NCBI GenBank assembly: GCA_951406725.2
Contig: OX597819.1
Location: forward strand, 79,732,001 to 79,796,000
Origin: Octopus vulgaris
Taxonomy: Eukaryota
Length of the DNA: 64,000 nucleotides
Reading direction: 5' to 3'
In this document: piece by piece, positions 41,638 to 55,122 of the stretch
Numbering within the stretch: the first letter of the stretch is position 1
Layout: each line of letters begins with the position of its first letter
Notes under the pieces: model-generated
What the model was told of the DNA's origin: nothing
The model's database searches: none
What the model saw: only the letters and a program-made list of their open reading frames with translations
Made by a program: the position numbers and the translations under genes

Positions 41638-43114
41638 CGATGCGTTATCAAAACGTTCCCGGACTAGTTCCGTAGCGCACCAACAGCCGGCAGCACATGG
41701 TTGCGTGCGCAGTGAGAGTTAGCAGTGGCCTTCATGAAGCAATGTGCCGACTGACATAGCTGTATTTATTTCGCATGTTGTGAAATTTGTATTAGGTTGT
41801 CCGGTAAGTTCGTGCCGATTTTTAAAGGAAAGAAAAAGGTCAATAAATAGTTGCCATTACATTTTTAATCAACCAAATATGAACCATTTTGTTGCACAAT
41901 GCGTCTCCATCTTTCCTTTAACTTGAAAATACCCCCTTCCCCGAATTGAGGTGGTTTCATGGCAAAGAATTCATCAATGTATCTTTTTACGTCATCCAAG
42001 GAATTGAAATTTTTACCGTTAAGACTATTCTGCAGAGACCTAAATAAGTTGAAATCCGATGGAACAATATCTGGTGAATATGGAGGGTGAGGCAACACAT
42101 CCCAGCCGAGCTGCAGCAATTTTTGTCTGGTCCCCAAAGCATCAAGTGCCGAAAATGAACTTTCTTATCTTCCATTTTAAAGGGTTACAAATTTAACACA
42201 GATTATAGGAACATAAACCTTCTTTCAGGAAAAGATAGCTTAAACTGTGCTCTAAATGGAGGTGTAGTCAAATCCTATTTTATGGACTCAACCATGTCCT
42301 AAAATAAGTCGAAATGTAAGCTACTATAAATCGGCACGAACTTTCCGGACAACCCAATATTTTTTTGATCATGTAGATGCTGTAGTGTGCAAATTTTATT
42401 ATAGACAGGAATTTGGAACAAAGAGCCAACGTGAAAATTTGCGTTAAACTTAGGAAACCTGCTACAGAGAGATTGAGCATAATTCAGCAAGATTATAGCG
42501 AAGAGGCAATGGGTCGTACGCGATGTTTCGAATGGCACGGGTACTTCAAAAGTAGAAGAACGTCCCAGGAAGACCATGAACGATGTGGAAGACTTGCCAC
42601 GAGCATCATCCCCGGAAACGTGAAGAAAATTCATCAGCTTGTGCATGAGAATCGTCGGAGGAGGATCAATGATGTTTAGAAGCGCTTGAGGGAGGACATT
42701 CGGCAAAAGCAACCGGATCTGTGGAGTGCGAAGAATTGGATTCTTAACGACGACAGTGTACCTTGCCACAGAGCTCTCCTCACTCGTGAGTTTCTCGCCA
42801 AAAACAATAGGATATCGCTCTGCCATCCACCCAATTCACCAGATTTGGCACCTGCGGGCTATCATCTCTTTCCCGAGACGAAAACGCAGCCCAAAGATCA
42901 CATTTTTAACACTGTGGTCGGGATCAAGAGCGAGTCACAGAGGGTCCTCAAATTTCAGGCCGGATTCCAAAAGTGACAGAAACACTGGGACTGGTGTATT
43001 GATGCACAAGGTGACTATTTCGAAGGAGACGATGTTAAGATGTAGGTAAGTTGCTTATGGTTTTTCTGTTTTTGATAAGCATAACCAGTCCTGAAACTTT
43101 TTGATAACACCTCG
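41638..43114 (+). mobile_element. Internally deleted mariner (outer element)
   Basis: TIRs CGATGCGTTATCAAAACGTTCCCGGACTAG / CCAGTCCTGAAACTTTTTGATAACACCTCG with TA flanks; EQRANVKICVKL HTH region joined to WILNDDSVPCH..HPPNSPDLAP. Confidence 0.88.
41792..42357 (-). mobile_element. Internally deleted mariner nested in the previous element
   Basis: TIRs TTAGGTTGTCCGGTAAGTTCGTGCCGATTT / AAATCGGCACGAACTTTCCGGACAACCCAA, TA TSD; MEDKKVHFRHLML N-terminus fused to LGWDVLPHPPYSPDIVPSDFNLF C-terminus. Confidence 0.92.
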
Positions 43115-43379
43115 TACACGTATGTAGTCATGGATAACTACATATATATACTCATGCGCACATAGAGAAACGTACGTGCAACCACCTCGATACAGATATG
43201 CATGCACAGACACACACATACATACACACGCACATATGAATACATATGGAGATTTATTTTACATTTATACATTCACACATATGTGAATCAATGTGTGTGT
43301 GTGCGCGTGCGCGTGTGTGTATGAGTGTGTGTGTGTATGTATGCATATATGTATGTATGTCTATATATATACATGTACA

Positions 43380-43658
43380 TATAGGTTTTATACACAGAGA
43401 GGAGACCCTTGACAGGACGCCTTACATGCTAGAAAGAGCAGTCAAACACAAACCACGAAAAAATAGTAATTCCAAAAGAGAATGAAAATAAATATTATTT
43501 ATAGCTAACCCCAAACTCGAGTTTCAGTATTAATGATCAACTAAATTAATTTGTCATCCGTACTTCGTCAGTTTTCTTCGTGGTTTGGGTTTGACTGTCC
43601 TTTTTAGTATGTAAGGCCTCCTGTCAAGTATCTCCTCTCTGTGTGTAAATCCTATACG
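43380..43658. repeat. Inverted repeat (~85-bp arms) enclosing a minus-strand HHR core at 43513-43572
   Basis: Arms ~43380-43465 / 43572-43658; minus strand CTGACGA-AGTA...TACT-GAAAC-TCGA-GTT, helix I not formable. Confidence 0.72.
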
Positions 43659-44217
43659 CTGTTATATATGAAAATATGTTGTCTATTGACTCTTATTATG
43701 CATGCTAACCATACATAATAATTTTTTTAACCCTTATACTTTTCACATGTATATATAGGTATGCATGCTTGCAAGACAGATACCGAAGACAAAAGTGAGT
43801 GGTCACAGGAGGCAGTATTTCCATCAATTGATTTCTTCTACGGTTCTTTAATTGGAACATGGAAAATTGTGCATGAGTATTTAAACATGCGAACTGCTCT
43901 ATAATCTCACACGCTCAAACACACACGCGCGCACGCACACTCACATACACGTGCAGCATACATACACGAACACACACACATATATATATATAACATAAAT
44001 TATTTATGGATACTTATGCATATATATGTAAATATATATACATAGATATGCTTATATATATATATATATATATATATAAATGTATATATAAGTATATACA
44101 TATACATAGATATATACTCACGCACAAATATGTACGCATATATACGCACATATATATCTATACATATAGAGTCATAAATATATTTGTACATAGATATAGG
44201 CGCATATGTATATATAA

Positions 44218-44274
<57 letters not shown>

Positions 44275-44347
44275 AATATATATATATATTTATATTTGCA
44301 AATATGCTTTGATATATATACATAACTGTATATATGTATATGTATAA

Positions 44348-44392
<45 letters not shown>

Positions 44393-44929
44393 TTATATTA
44401 TATTATATTATATTATATTATATTTATATATACCTATAAATATACAAAAATGTATACATATATATATAGAGAGAGAAAGAGAGAGAGAACGAGGGAGAGA
44501 GGGGATAGAGAGATACATAGATAGATGTACACATATATGTATAGTGTACATATGTGTGTGTGTGTGTGTGTGAGTGGGGAGTGTTTGTGTGCGTGCATGA
44601 ATATAAACATGCGTATATATTTCGTAAACAGATGTATGTACATGTGTGTATGTGTGAGTAGGTGTGTCGTATATGCTTATTTGTTCTCAGTTCAGTAATG
44701 CAGCAGGCAAGAAGACTGGTGCATCTATCTCACCTGGAAAGGTCACATGACGTAATTAGAGAAAAATGCTGCGAGGTGTTGCCTTGTGCCGATTGGAGCG
44801 TTGATTTATGATCGGAAATCTAATGTCAAAGTTGAGCAGAATTACTGACTGAACGATATTATTTTAATCGGGGAAATACTAATTCAGATATATGAACAGT
44901 CATTCTCCTCCCTACTCCGCCTCGTCTTT

Positions 44930-44930
44930 C

Positions 44931-44962
<32 letters not shown>

Positions 44963-45870
44963 TTATTATTATTATCATCATCAGCAGCAGCAGCATTATC
45001 GTGTTCATCATCATCATCATCATCATCATCTCATAATCATAACCACCACCATCACCACAACCATCACCACAACCACCACCTCCACTCCCCACCAACTCCA
45101 TTCCCCATCACCTCACTAATACCATCCTCATCATTATCATCATAATAAAAATCATGATAATCATCGTTACCATTGACGTCGTGGCCTTCATCTTTCATCA
45201 TCATCATCATGATAACGACCACTACTTCCATCATCATCATCATCCTCATCCTCATCACCGCCACCGAAGCCACCATCAGCACCAACACCATGATTTTCAT
45301 GGTTGTAGTAGTTGTCGCCATCATCATCACTATTATTGTCGTCGTCGTCATCATCATCATCGTCGTCGTCGTCGTCGTCGTCATCATTATCATCATCATC
45401 ATCATCATCATCATTGTCGTCGTCATCATCGACATCATCGTTTAACGTCATTATTAATAGCAAAATAGCAAAATCGGTAACTGAAACAGCATCTAACACA
45501 GCTTCCAACTTTATCACCTTATCACTTACCACTTATCCGTCGTGTCACCTACACCCAACTCATCTCCCCCGTTGTTTTCGTCCTCCATCGAACCATAATC
45601 ATCATTATGGCCACTATTAAAGTGCTTGTCATTACTGTCCTCATCATTTTTACCTTACCCAATTTCCTACTATTTATCATCGTCACCACTATCATCACCA
45701 TCATGATCACCACCACGAACACAGACACGACGACGACGACGACAACAACGACGAAGATGACGCCGACGACCACCACCGCTACCACCACCACAACTCCAGC
45801 ACCACCACCATCACCGCCGCTACTGTCATCACCATCTTCGCCATCATCGCAGTCGTCACCATCCACAGCA
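44930..45870. repeat. (CAT)n/(CGT)n/(CAC)n low-complexity region
   Basis: Read directly. Confidence 0.85.
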
Positions 45871-46095
45871 AAATCAACTTCAGCATTCGATTCTATGCTC
45901 TAGGTTCCAGTCACGCCGAAATCAGCTTTGCTTTCCATTATTTGGGGGTGGGGTAGATAAAATGAGCATCATTTGAGCACAGGCGTCGATGTAATGGACT
46001 TATCCGAATTTACAGGACTTGTACCAAAAATTGGAACCAATATATGTATATAAGTATATGTATATACGTATACATATATGTATATATATATATAC

Positions 46096-46184
<89 letters not shown>

Positions 46185-46195
46185 TGTGTGTATGC

Positions 46196-46376
46196 GGGGG
46201 CACATGGCCTAGTGGTTAGAGCAGCGGGTTCGCAGTCGAGGGATCGCGGGTTCGAATCTCACACCGGGTGATGTTTGTGTTTATGAGCGAAACACCTAAG
46301 CTCCACGCGGCTCCGGCAGAAATGGCGGACTTCTGCTGACTCTTTCGCCACACTTTCCTCCTATATGTTGCAGCTC
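46196..46376 (+). mobile_element. tRNA-derived SINE head and body (family C)
   Basis: A box TGGCCTAGTGG, B box GGTTCGAATCT; related heads at ~26165-26220(+) and ~63220-63303(-). Confidence 0.78.
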
Positions 46377-46390
46377 GTTCTCTCTCAATC

Positions 46391-46426
46391 CTTTCTGTCG
46401 AAGGGCGTTGGCTCGAAACGTCAAAG
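46391..46426 (+). ncRNA. Minimal HHR motif (A6U core) in a pseudo-LTR tail ending in (TA)n at ~46512
   Basis: CTTT-CTGTCGA-a-GGGC/GCTC-GAA-ACGT-C-AAAG. Confidence 0.62.
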
Positions 46427-46517
46427 ACTTTTCCATTCTTCCCGAGCGTTAAACTAATACACCTATTTGTTTCCTCAAGTGTCTTAATGTTTTGTTTCCT
46501 GTAAATTTTAACTATAT

Positions 46518-46549
<32 letters not shown>

Positions 46550-46571
46550 GTGTGTGTATGTGTGTGTGTAT

Positions 46572-46890
46572 CAGTGGAATAAAGTTACAACTTGGTCTGG
46601 TTTTCGCTTCACGTTTTTATTATTGTATTTAAAAAAAAATTACACTGTTGAATTGTGTTAAACATTAAAAAGCGTATTTAGTAGTGTTCAATTATTGACA
46701 GTTGTCAAGAATTCAACTGTCAGTCAATACATTTTGAAATCTGATGATTACCACGAACGTAATTGAACTTTATGAAAATTGCTAAAAAAAATTTTTTAAT
46801 GCTTAACAAACTTGAAGGGTGTGAAAAAAAATTTAAATACAATAATAAAAAAACTTGAAAACCAGACCGTGTTGTAACTTTATTCAACTG
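46572..46890. mobile_element. MITE-like fold-back element
   Basis: CAGTGGAATAAAGTTACAAC.TGGTCTGGTTTTC / GAAAACCAGACCGTGTTGTAACTTTATTCAACTG, with imperfect pairing continuing for ~110 bp. Confidence 0.7.
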
Positions 46891-46926
46891 TTATATTATT
46901 CTATATACATTTTCACAAATTCAGAA

Positions 46927-46968
<42 letters not shown>

Positions 46969-48145
46969 ACTGATTTACGCAGACTCACACGCATAAAAAT
47001 ATAGATAACCAGATAGAATAATCACACAAGTACTCAAATTCAAATAGAAGCCGGCATATATGCTGAAGTGTTTAGATAGTTAACACTTAACACATATCCT
47101 GCTTAATCGATTCTGTAATACTTCGTGCGAAATTTATCCGGTTTGTAGAGCGCCTGTGCACATGCTGAAACGGTTCCAATTGTAAACCGAAACCGGGACG
47201 TAAAATTCGCCTAAGCGGATATATATTGAATTTAAAATTGTACGGAAATATATGTGCGTGCACGTGCGCACAGACACACATATACGTACACAAACACGCA
47301 CACTGATACAGATAGATATGCATACATACATACGTACAGCTTTTGAATGTTACATTGTATCACTCAGACAACACGTGCTGTACAGTAAAGAAAGAAATGA
47401 ATACATTCTATGCATACTTAAAATAGAGAGTAACATCTTCAAAGTTGGAGACGAGCTACTGAACAGGTACTCTCAGAATACATCCCAAAGAATGTTGGAC
47501 TCGCCTATCTGAGCAAAAGCTTGGAGGGAAGCAAGCACCATACCAGTAAAAAAGCCATGCATAGTTGCGTATCCGTAAGCTAGAGGATAACGACATTGAC
47601 AGGAAGTGTAGCTTCTCCTGGGCCCGTGATAAAGGCATTACATCCCACCTAGAATGATACTATAGAGTAGAGCAGCTCTACTCCATATCCGCGGGCCGAC
47701 TAATGCTTTGCAAGTTAATTTGGTTGGTGGAAACTGTGTGGAAGCTTATCATATTTCTCTCTCTCATTATCTATCTATTGATCGATCGATATTTCTATCT
47801 GTATATTTATATATCTTTCTGTCGGTTTTGTCCCCTACCGACGTTTGACAGCCGGTTTGGTTTATATACATCTCCATAAGCAACCGGCGCTGCAATAAAG
47901 TCTGATACAAGTATCTGACTTTATAATATATATTAGCACTTGGTGCCCCATCATGGTTGCAGCCATGACTAAAACAAGTAAGAACTGAAAAATAAAAGAT
48001 ATAATTTTCTACATATTTCCAATAAGATTACTTTACTTCTTCTCTTTTTAACTTTTAAATACACCAAGTTTGCCGGAAGCCGATGAGACGCCAACAATTG
48101 CGTGGTAAAACACCGTGGTAAAATCTATAAAAAATTAATTGAATA

Positions 48146-48646
48146 CCGTAAATCCTCGTGTATAGTCTGCCCTTGAGTATAATACGCAGAGAATTTTTAG
48201 GAGGCTGTACCTCTGAAAAACCTAAACCTTGTGTATAATACGCACCCATTCTCTAACTTGAGTCAAGGAGGTCTATATAACGTCCTTGGTTTGTAAAAAT
48301 GTATACGGTAACGCCCTTTAGTATTATTGTATATATAACATATGCAAGCGTGTAGCTTTTTTGTGCATTTTGTTTGCAGAAAATAAAGAAATAACAGTAA
48401 TAACGTTTAATAAATGTTGCTTACTGCAAGTTATGGATGATTCTTTTATGACTTCATTGCTTTCAGGCTTAGCTTAAGGTATTTTCACGCCCGACATCAC
48501 CAAATGCGTCTGAATAAACATCGCCGGACAGCAAATAGAGACTTAGAGAAAATATTCTTCATTTTTAATCTCGTATATAGTACGTACTAGGGATTTTGAC
48601 CTTTAAATTCGAGGAAAAAAGGCGGATTATACTCGAGGATTTACGG
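48146..48646. mobile_element. pogo/Tc2-like MITE
   Basis: TIRs CCGTAAATCCTCGTGTATAGTCTGCC / GGCGGATTATACTCGAGGATTTACGG with TA on both sides. Confidence 0.85.
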
Positions 48647-48669
48647 TACTTTATTAATTTATTGATAAT

Positions 48670-49345
48670 GATTTCAAATTTTGAAACAAACCCAGCAATT
48701 CTAGGGAGGGAATAAGTTGATTGCATCGACCCAAGTGTTTAACTGGTACTTACTTTATCGACGCCGAAAGGAAGAAAGGCAAACTCAACTTCGGTGGAAT
48801 TTGAAATCACAATATAAAGACGAATGAAGTGCCGCTAAGAATTTTGCCCGGCATACTAACGATTCTGCCAGCTGGCATCCATTTATTGATTGATAATAAA
48901 ATACTGCTGCTTAATTTTGTCAATGCCATCAGCTTTTGAGGGCGTGGTATGTCGATTTTATCGATTCAAATGATGCTTTATATCATCGACCCCAAAGGGG
49001 CGAAAGGCATATCAACCTCAGTGGTATTAAAAATCAAAACGTAAATCCGAAAGAAAACACTAAGCATTATGTCCGGAGCACAAGCGATTCTGCCTGCTTG
49101 ACACCTTTATTGTCAATGATATAACCGCTTTTATTGTAAACACAAGGCCTGAGATTTCTGGGAGAGAGAGCTTATCGATGACATCGTCCCCAGTAATTGA
49201 CTGGTATGTAATTTATCGACCACGAAGCGATGAAAGGCAAAGTCTACCTCGGCGGTGTTTGAAATCAAAACATTATCCCGGAAGAATTATGTAATGGAAT
49301 TTTGTTCGGCGTACAAAATGACTTTGCCAGTTCGTTGCCTTTACT
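48670..49345 (-). mobile_element. Three adjacent diverged copies of SINE-like family B
   Basis: TTTATCGAC..CGAAAG..GAAAGGCAAA..C.ACCTCGG.GG..TTTGAA block recurs at ~48755, ~48983 and ~49212. Confidence 0.75.
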
Positions 49346-51024
49346 AACAGGAAAACAATAAATTCCGACCAGTCTGTGTAATTTCAAAAGGTCAGAATTA
49401 CCCACTAAAACCACAGCAATAAAGAATTCCTTTCCTGGAAACTACATATTAAATAAACACAGCTGTTGCACTTGTGCTTATTGTTGCATAGATTTAAATC
49501 ACGTCTGATGAAATTAAGCTATGACTAAAGACATTCCAGACCTGCCAATCCAGCCTTTTCTGTTTCAGTCATAGTGTGTCTAGGATTACATTCTCTTATG
49601 CACTTTAATCTTTATTAGTGCGTATGGTGTCATTTGAGGAATATTTGGCCGTTATTTCCTGCTGGTGGGACGAATTAGTGGATGCTTACATGCGAATTCT
49701 GTACAGTAAAGCAAATATGGTCTTAAGGTAACACATATCGCTACTTTAACGTGGGTGTTCTCTAACAGATGATAATACTGTCGGTTTAACCCCAGGAACA
49801 CATGTCCTGGTTTATCCAGTGCACTTTCGCACTCGAGACCACGAAACTACGTTAGTCTAACCTTGCTTGCAATATATAGAATATACAGTGTCATACAATC
49901 ACTGATTTTGTAACTAGGAAATATGTCCGTTTGAAAATTTCTGTTCGAGATAGAAGCAATATGCGAACCAAAAAGGTAGTGTATGTCGCCACTTTATAGT
50001 ACTTTTGGCATTTGCAATTTTCATTTTTTAATCCTTGAGAGAAAAGATGAAAAAGTTATCACGTGGTTTGAACTTGGAAACAATACTGAAATTAACTGTT
50101 GTAGACTAATTATCTCGTATATACCCCCAATTTTATTGTTGTTGGTGTTTACGATGATGATGAGGAGGAGGTTGATCTTATTGACGATGACGACGACAAC
50201 GACGACGATGACGATGATGGTGATGATGATGATGCAATGATGACGATGACGACAACGACGACGACGACGATGATGGTGATGATGATGATGCAATGATGAC
50301 GATGACGACAACGGCGATGTCGCCGATGATGACGATGACAATGACGACGATGACGATTTTCTTCATGATGATGGTGATGATGATGATCATCATCATCATC
50401 CTCATGATCATACTGACCATGATCGTGTTGGCAACAATGACGATGATGACCACGACGACGATGATGACCACGACGACGATGACGATGATGATGATGGTGA
50501 TGATAATGACTACGACAAGATGACGATAATGATGATTAAGTTGATGGCTAATAACGTCGACGACGACGGCAACGATGATGATTGTGATGGTGATAATTGT
50601 GTTTTATGATGATGATGATGATGATGATGACGATGGTAGGGGTGATAGCTGTAATAGTCTTTAACGCTACCGACTACCCCCACCAACAAAACACCACCAC
50701 TTGGGCAACTTTTGCGACATCAGTTTCTTTTATAGTGCAATTAATCATATATTAAGGGTGCAAAGTTTTTGACAGAGGATGGAGAAGGGGAGAAAAAGAA
50801 AGAGAAAGAAAGAAAAAGAAAACGAGAAAGATAGATGATGAGGATGATGATGTCGATGATGATGATGTTCATGATGACGATGATGTTGATGGTGAGGATG
50901 AAAGTGGTGGTGTAGACAACAGAAGAGAGAGAACGTAGTGTATGTAGGTGGAGGAGATTTATGAGACAGAAACGTATGGTAGGTGAAGGCTGAGAGAGAC
51001 AAAAAATGTGTAAGAATAAAATTT

Positions 51025-51060
<36 letters not shown>

Positions 51061-51491
51061 AAGAAAGGGAGAGAGAGAGAAAGAAAGAGAGAGAGGTTGA
51101 ACGAGAAATAGTGTGAGAGAGAAAAATGTGACGTCGAGAAATAGATACGCGTTAAAGAGAAGTGAGTGAGAGAGAGAAAGAGGAGTGGGAGAGAAGAGGA
51201 GAGGGAGGGAGAAAGAGAGAAAAGTACAGTGATTTATGAGAGTCAAAGAGATGTGCCGAAAGAACGGAGAGAATGAGAATGATGGAGAGAGAGAGAGGGG
51301 TATAACATCAACTATAGTGATTTATGAGAGGAGACACTAAAGAGAATAGGGAATGAAGAGAGAGAGAGTGGGAGAGAGAGAGATAGTGACAGAATATAGA
51401 AAATGAGAGAGAAAGGGAGATGCAGAGAGTGAAAGAAGATTGAAAGAACTCGGGGTAACAGAGGTAGATGGGGAGAAAAAGTGTACTTCTA

Positions 51492-51532
<41 letters not shown>

Positions 51533-52316
51533 AGAAATAGAAAAACAATGTGTTTTTTGCAAAGTGAGGGAAAATAGAAAATACCATGGGAGTAAGTAAT
51601 GTTGTTAGATAGACAGATAGATAGATAAAGGGAAAGAGAGAAAGAGAGAGAGAGAGAGGGAGAGAGAGAGGGGGAGAGAGAGGATTGGGTAAATTATTAG
51701 GAAAATGAAGGGATTACTAAAGCTAGCAGGAGTAAGTACCAAGAGTTTGAGAGACTGAAGGAGAGAAAATTTTCTTAGAAAAGTGTAGACGACGGAGAGA
51801 AAATGGAAGAGAAGTGAGTGTGTGTGTGCGTGTGTGTGTATGTGTGTGTGTGTGTGTGTGTGTATGCGTGTGTATGCGTGTGTGTGTGTGTACGTGTGTG
51901 TGCGTATGTATGTTTATGTGTGTGTATCAGTAAAACATGGTGTAACAAAAATGGCGTCCATGACTTAGAGAGAATAGAAGAAACATACGGAAGTTTTAGT
52001 GAGAGTTTGAAATTGAACTAGAATTACCTAATGTAAAGGCGGAGAGAGAGATTGAGAGAGAGGGAGAGAGGAGGGAGAGGGAGAGAGGAGGGAGAGGAAG
52101 AGAGTGACAGACAGATGGACATGAAGGAAGATAAAGAGAGAGAGAAAGCATGGATTAGGCTGTAAGGTAGTGAGAGTTAAGTAGTAGAAAGAAGTAATGA
52201 TTAAATAAAGCGAGGGGGTGATGTAATAAAAACAAGAACTTGAAAACAATAAATATGGAGAGATTTGTAGGTTTTTATGGGAAATAGAAAAGACAAGCGA
52301 GAGAGGGAGGATAGTT

Positions 52317-52408
<92 letters not shown>

Positions 52409-52420
52409 GAGATAGATAAA

Positions 52421-52451
<31 letters not shown>

Positions 52452-52771
52452 AAATGTTTTATCGGGTGAAAGAGAAAGAGAGAGAGAGAGATAGACAAGC
52501 AGAGGAAGAGAGGCAGTGTGAGGCCTAGGGAGAAGGATAGAGAACGGCAGAATAAAGGAATGTAGAGAGATAGAAGACAAAAAGTTATGCGTAAAGTGAG
52601 AGAGGAGATAAAAAGGAAGAAGGAGAAGTTTGTGAGATTTATGAGAAATAAAAGTACTTAAAACAAAGAGAAAGAAAGGAAAGAGAGAGAGAGAGGAAAG
52701 GGGAGCTTAAGTATGAGAGGTGCAAGCTGAGAAGCGGAGAAAAAGTAAATAAAAGAAAGACAGAGAAGTGT

Positions 52772-52822
<51 letters not shown>

Positions 52823-53019
52823 GGGGAGAGTTATTGGTGATAGGAGGAAAAGGAGACTATTAAACAGAGTGAAATGGGTAATTATTTGAGAGAGAGGAAC
52901 TCAGAAGAGATGAGGGGAAATGTCAGGGTTGAAAGTACGATATAGATTTATGAGATAGTGAGAAGAAAGATAAGAGAGACACGGAGATAGAAAGGAGAGA
53001 ATGAGAGAGGTGAGACAAG

Positions 53020-53325
53020 GAAATGGAGAAGAAGAGAGAAGAATGCTGAGGTAAAAGATTAACATTATGATAGTGAGAAAAAGGATAGCAGAGACACAGA
53101 TTGAAAGGAGAGAAGTGAGACTAGGGAACAGAGAGAAAGAGAGAAAGGAAGAGAGAAGAATGCTGAGGTAAAAGATCAACATTATGATAGTGAGAAAAAG
53201 GATAGGAGAGACAGATTGAAAGGAGAAAATGAGAGAAGTGAGACAAGGAAATAGAGAGAAAGAAAGAGAGAGAGAGAGAGAGGGAGGAAGAGAGAGGAAT
53301 GCTGAGGTAAAAGATCAACATTATG
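53020..53325. repeat. Three ~120-140-bp tandem units
   Basis: GAATGCTGAGGTAAAAGAT(C/T)AACATTATG at ~53041, 53158 and 53297. Confidence 0.85.
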
Positions 53326-53384
53326 TGATGTAGAAATAGAGACTGAAGAAAAAGATGCAGGCGAGAGAGAGGTGGAAAAAACTG

Positions 53385-53665
53385 AGAAGGGAAGAGAAAT
53401 GTGCGGAGAAGTGGAGGAGGGAAGAGAGATGTGCGGAGAAGGGACGTAGGAAAGAGAGAGATGTGTGGAGAAGAGGAGGAGGGAAGAGAGATGTGCGGAG
53501 AAGAGGAGGAGGGAAGAGAGACGTGTGGAGAAGAGAGACGTGCGGAGAAGAGGAGGAGGGAAGAGAGATGTGCGGAGAAGAGGAGGAGGGAAGAGAGATG
53601 TGCGGAGAAGAGAGACGTGCGGAGAAGAGGAGGAGGGAAGAGAGATGTGCGCAGAAGAGGAGAAG
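53385..53665. repeat. 30-bp minisatellite with 17-bp deletion variants
   Basis: Unit GAGAGATGTGCGGAGAAGAGGAGGAGGGAA, about 10 full or partial copies. Confidence 0.9.
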
Positions 53666-54123
53666 AGGATATAGAAGTGGTGGCAACAATTCAGGGTTGA
53701 AACAAATATTTGTGTAGTGGCACTCAAGAAAGAGAAAAAATTAAGGGTGGAGGGCATAGAATGAAAGAGAGAGAGAGGGGGTATGGAAGGAAGGAAGGAG
53801 TGAGAGGAAGGGAAAAAGGGGAGAAAGTTAGATAGGGAAAGAAACGACAAAACTCTAGAAGAAAAAGGACATCAACAATCTGAGAAACAAAGGTTAGTAC
53901 GAAACAAACCTTGGAAAGCCAAGAGAGAGAGAGAAAGAGAGAGAGAGGAGAAAAAGGGAGAGAGAGTGGAGAAAAGGAGAAAGAAAGGGGCGGGAAAGAA
54001 AAAGAAAAGAGAGAAGGGGAGAGAGAGGAATGGAAAGTGAGAAAGGTTGAAAGGGGAAGAATCTAGACAAAAATCTAGGAAAAAAAAACATGAAAATCGA
54101 CAAAGTATGAGAAACAAAGGGAT

Positions 54124-54191
<68 letters not shown>

Positions 54192-54674
54192 AGTAATATA
54201 AACCATGTGAAGCTAAAATAGTGGGAGAGAGAGAGAAAGAGGAGGTGGGTAGACGCATATAGATTTATGATAGAACAAGCGCGGAGATAAAAAAAAAGTA
54301 CACATACACAAAATAAATATAAAAAAAAGAACGGAATGGGATAGAACGGAAAAGAGAGAACGGGATACATCAGACAGGGAGAGGAGATATATAGAGAGAG
54401 AAGGAGAGAAGGAGAGAGAAAGAGAAAAAGAGAGAAGGAGAGAGAGTGGTAAAGAGAGCGTGTATGATGAATAAATCAATAGAAAACGTGTATTCATCAT
54501 TAAAAAAAATGATGAAAGTGCAAATATCAAACGAGCGATAGATCGGTCAGTGAGATGTCGTAATTCTGAAGATGTCACCATCTTTATGCCATATTATTAA
54601 ATTAAAACCAATCCATTATTATATAGCATCATCACACTGCCCCGTACCATAGTTTGTGAATTATTGCATTGCGG

Positions 54675-54816
54675 CAACAACAGCAGCAGCAGCACCAGCG
54701 GCACCATCGGCACCAGCGGCACCAGCAGCAGCAGCAGAAGCAGAACATCGAGAAAGGTATTAGCAGCATCACCATCGGCAGAAGCAGTAGAAACAACACC
54801 AAGAAGAGTATTAGTT

Positions 54817-54902
<86 letters not shown>

Positions 54903-55086
54903 GGTGGAAGTAGTTTTGATAGTTGTAGTTGTGATGTTGGTGACAGTTGTAGTAGAAGTAGTGATGGTGATGCTGGTGGTAGTGGTGGTGGTGGTGGCGG
55001 CGGCAGTAGTAGGATTTATGGCAGTAGTGGCGGTGGTAGTTGAAGTAGTAATAATAATGGGGGTGGTTAGGGTATTTGTAGTAGTC

Positions 55087-55122
<36 letters not shown>

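Larger units (their letters stand above)
50750..54480 (+). repeat. ~3.7-kb purine-rich (GA)n low-complexity domain
   Basis: Strongly A/G-biased + strand with (GA)n, (GATA)n and one (GT)n interruption. Confidence 0.85.

Noticed and set aside
46196-46270. Possible tRNA gene
   Set aside because: A and B boxes are present but the acceptor stem does not close and there is no terminator; it is a SINE head.
46738-46770. CTGATGA-TTAC/GTAA inside the fold-back MITE
   Set aside because: Followed by TTGAACT rather than GAAA, and no helix I/III; not counted as an HHR.
53182-53850. 222-aa Ser/Pro/Leu-rich ORF and overlapping Arg/Glu-rich ORFs
   Set aside because: Products of the 30-bp minisatellite and GA-rich tract.
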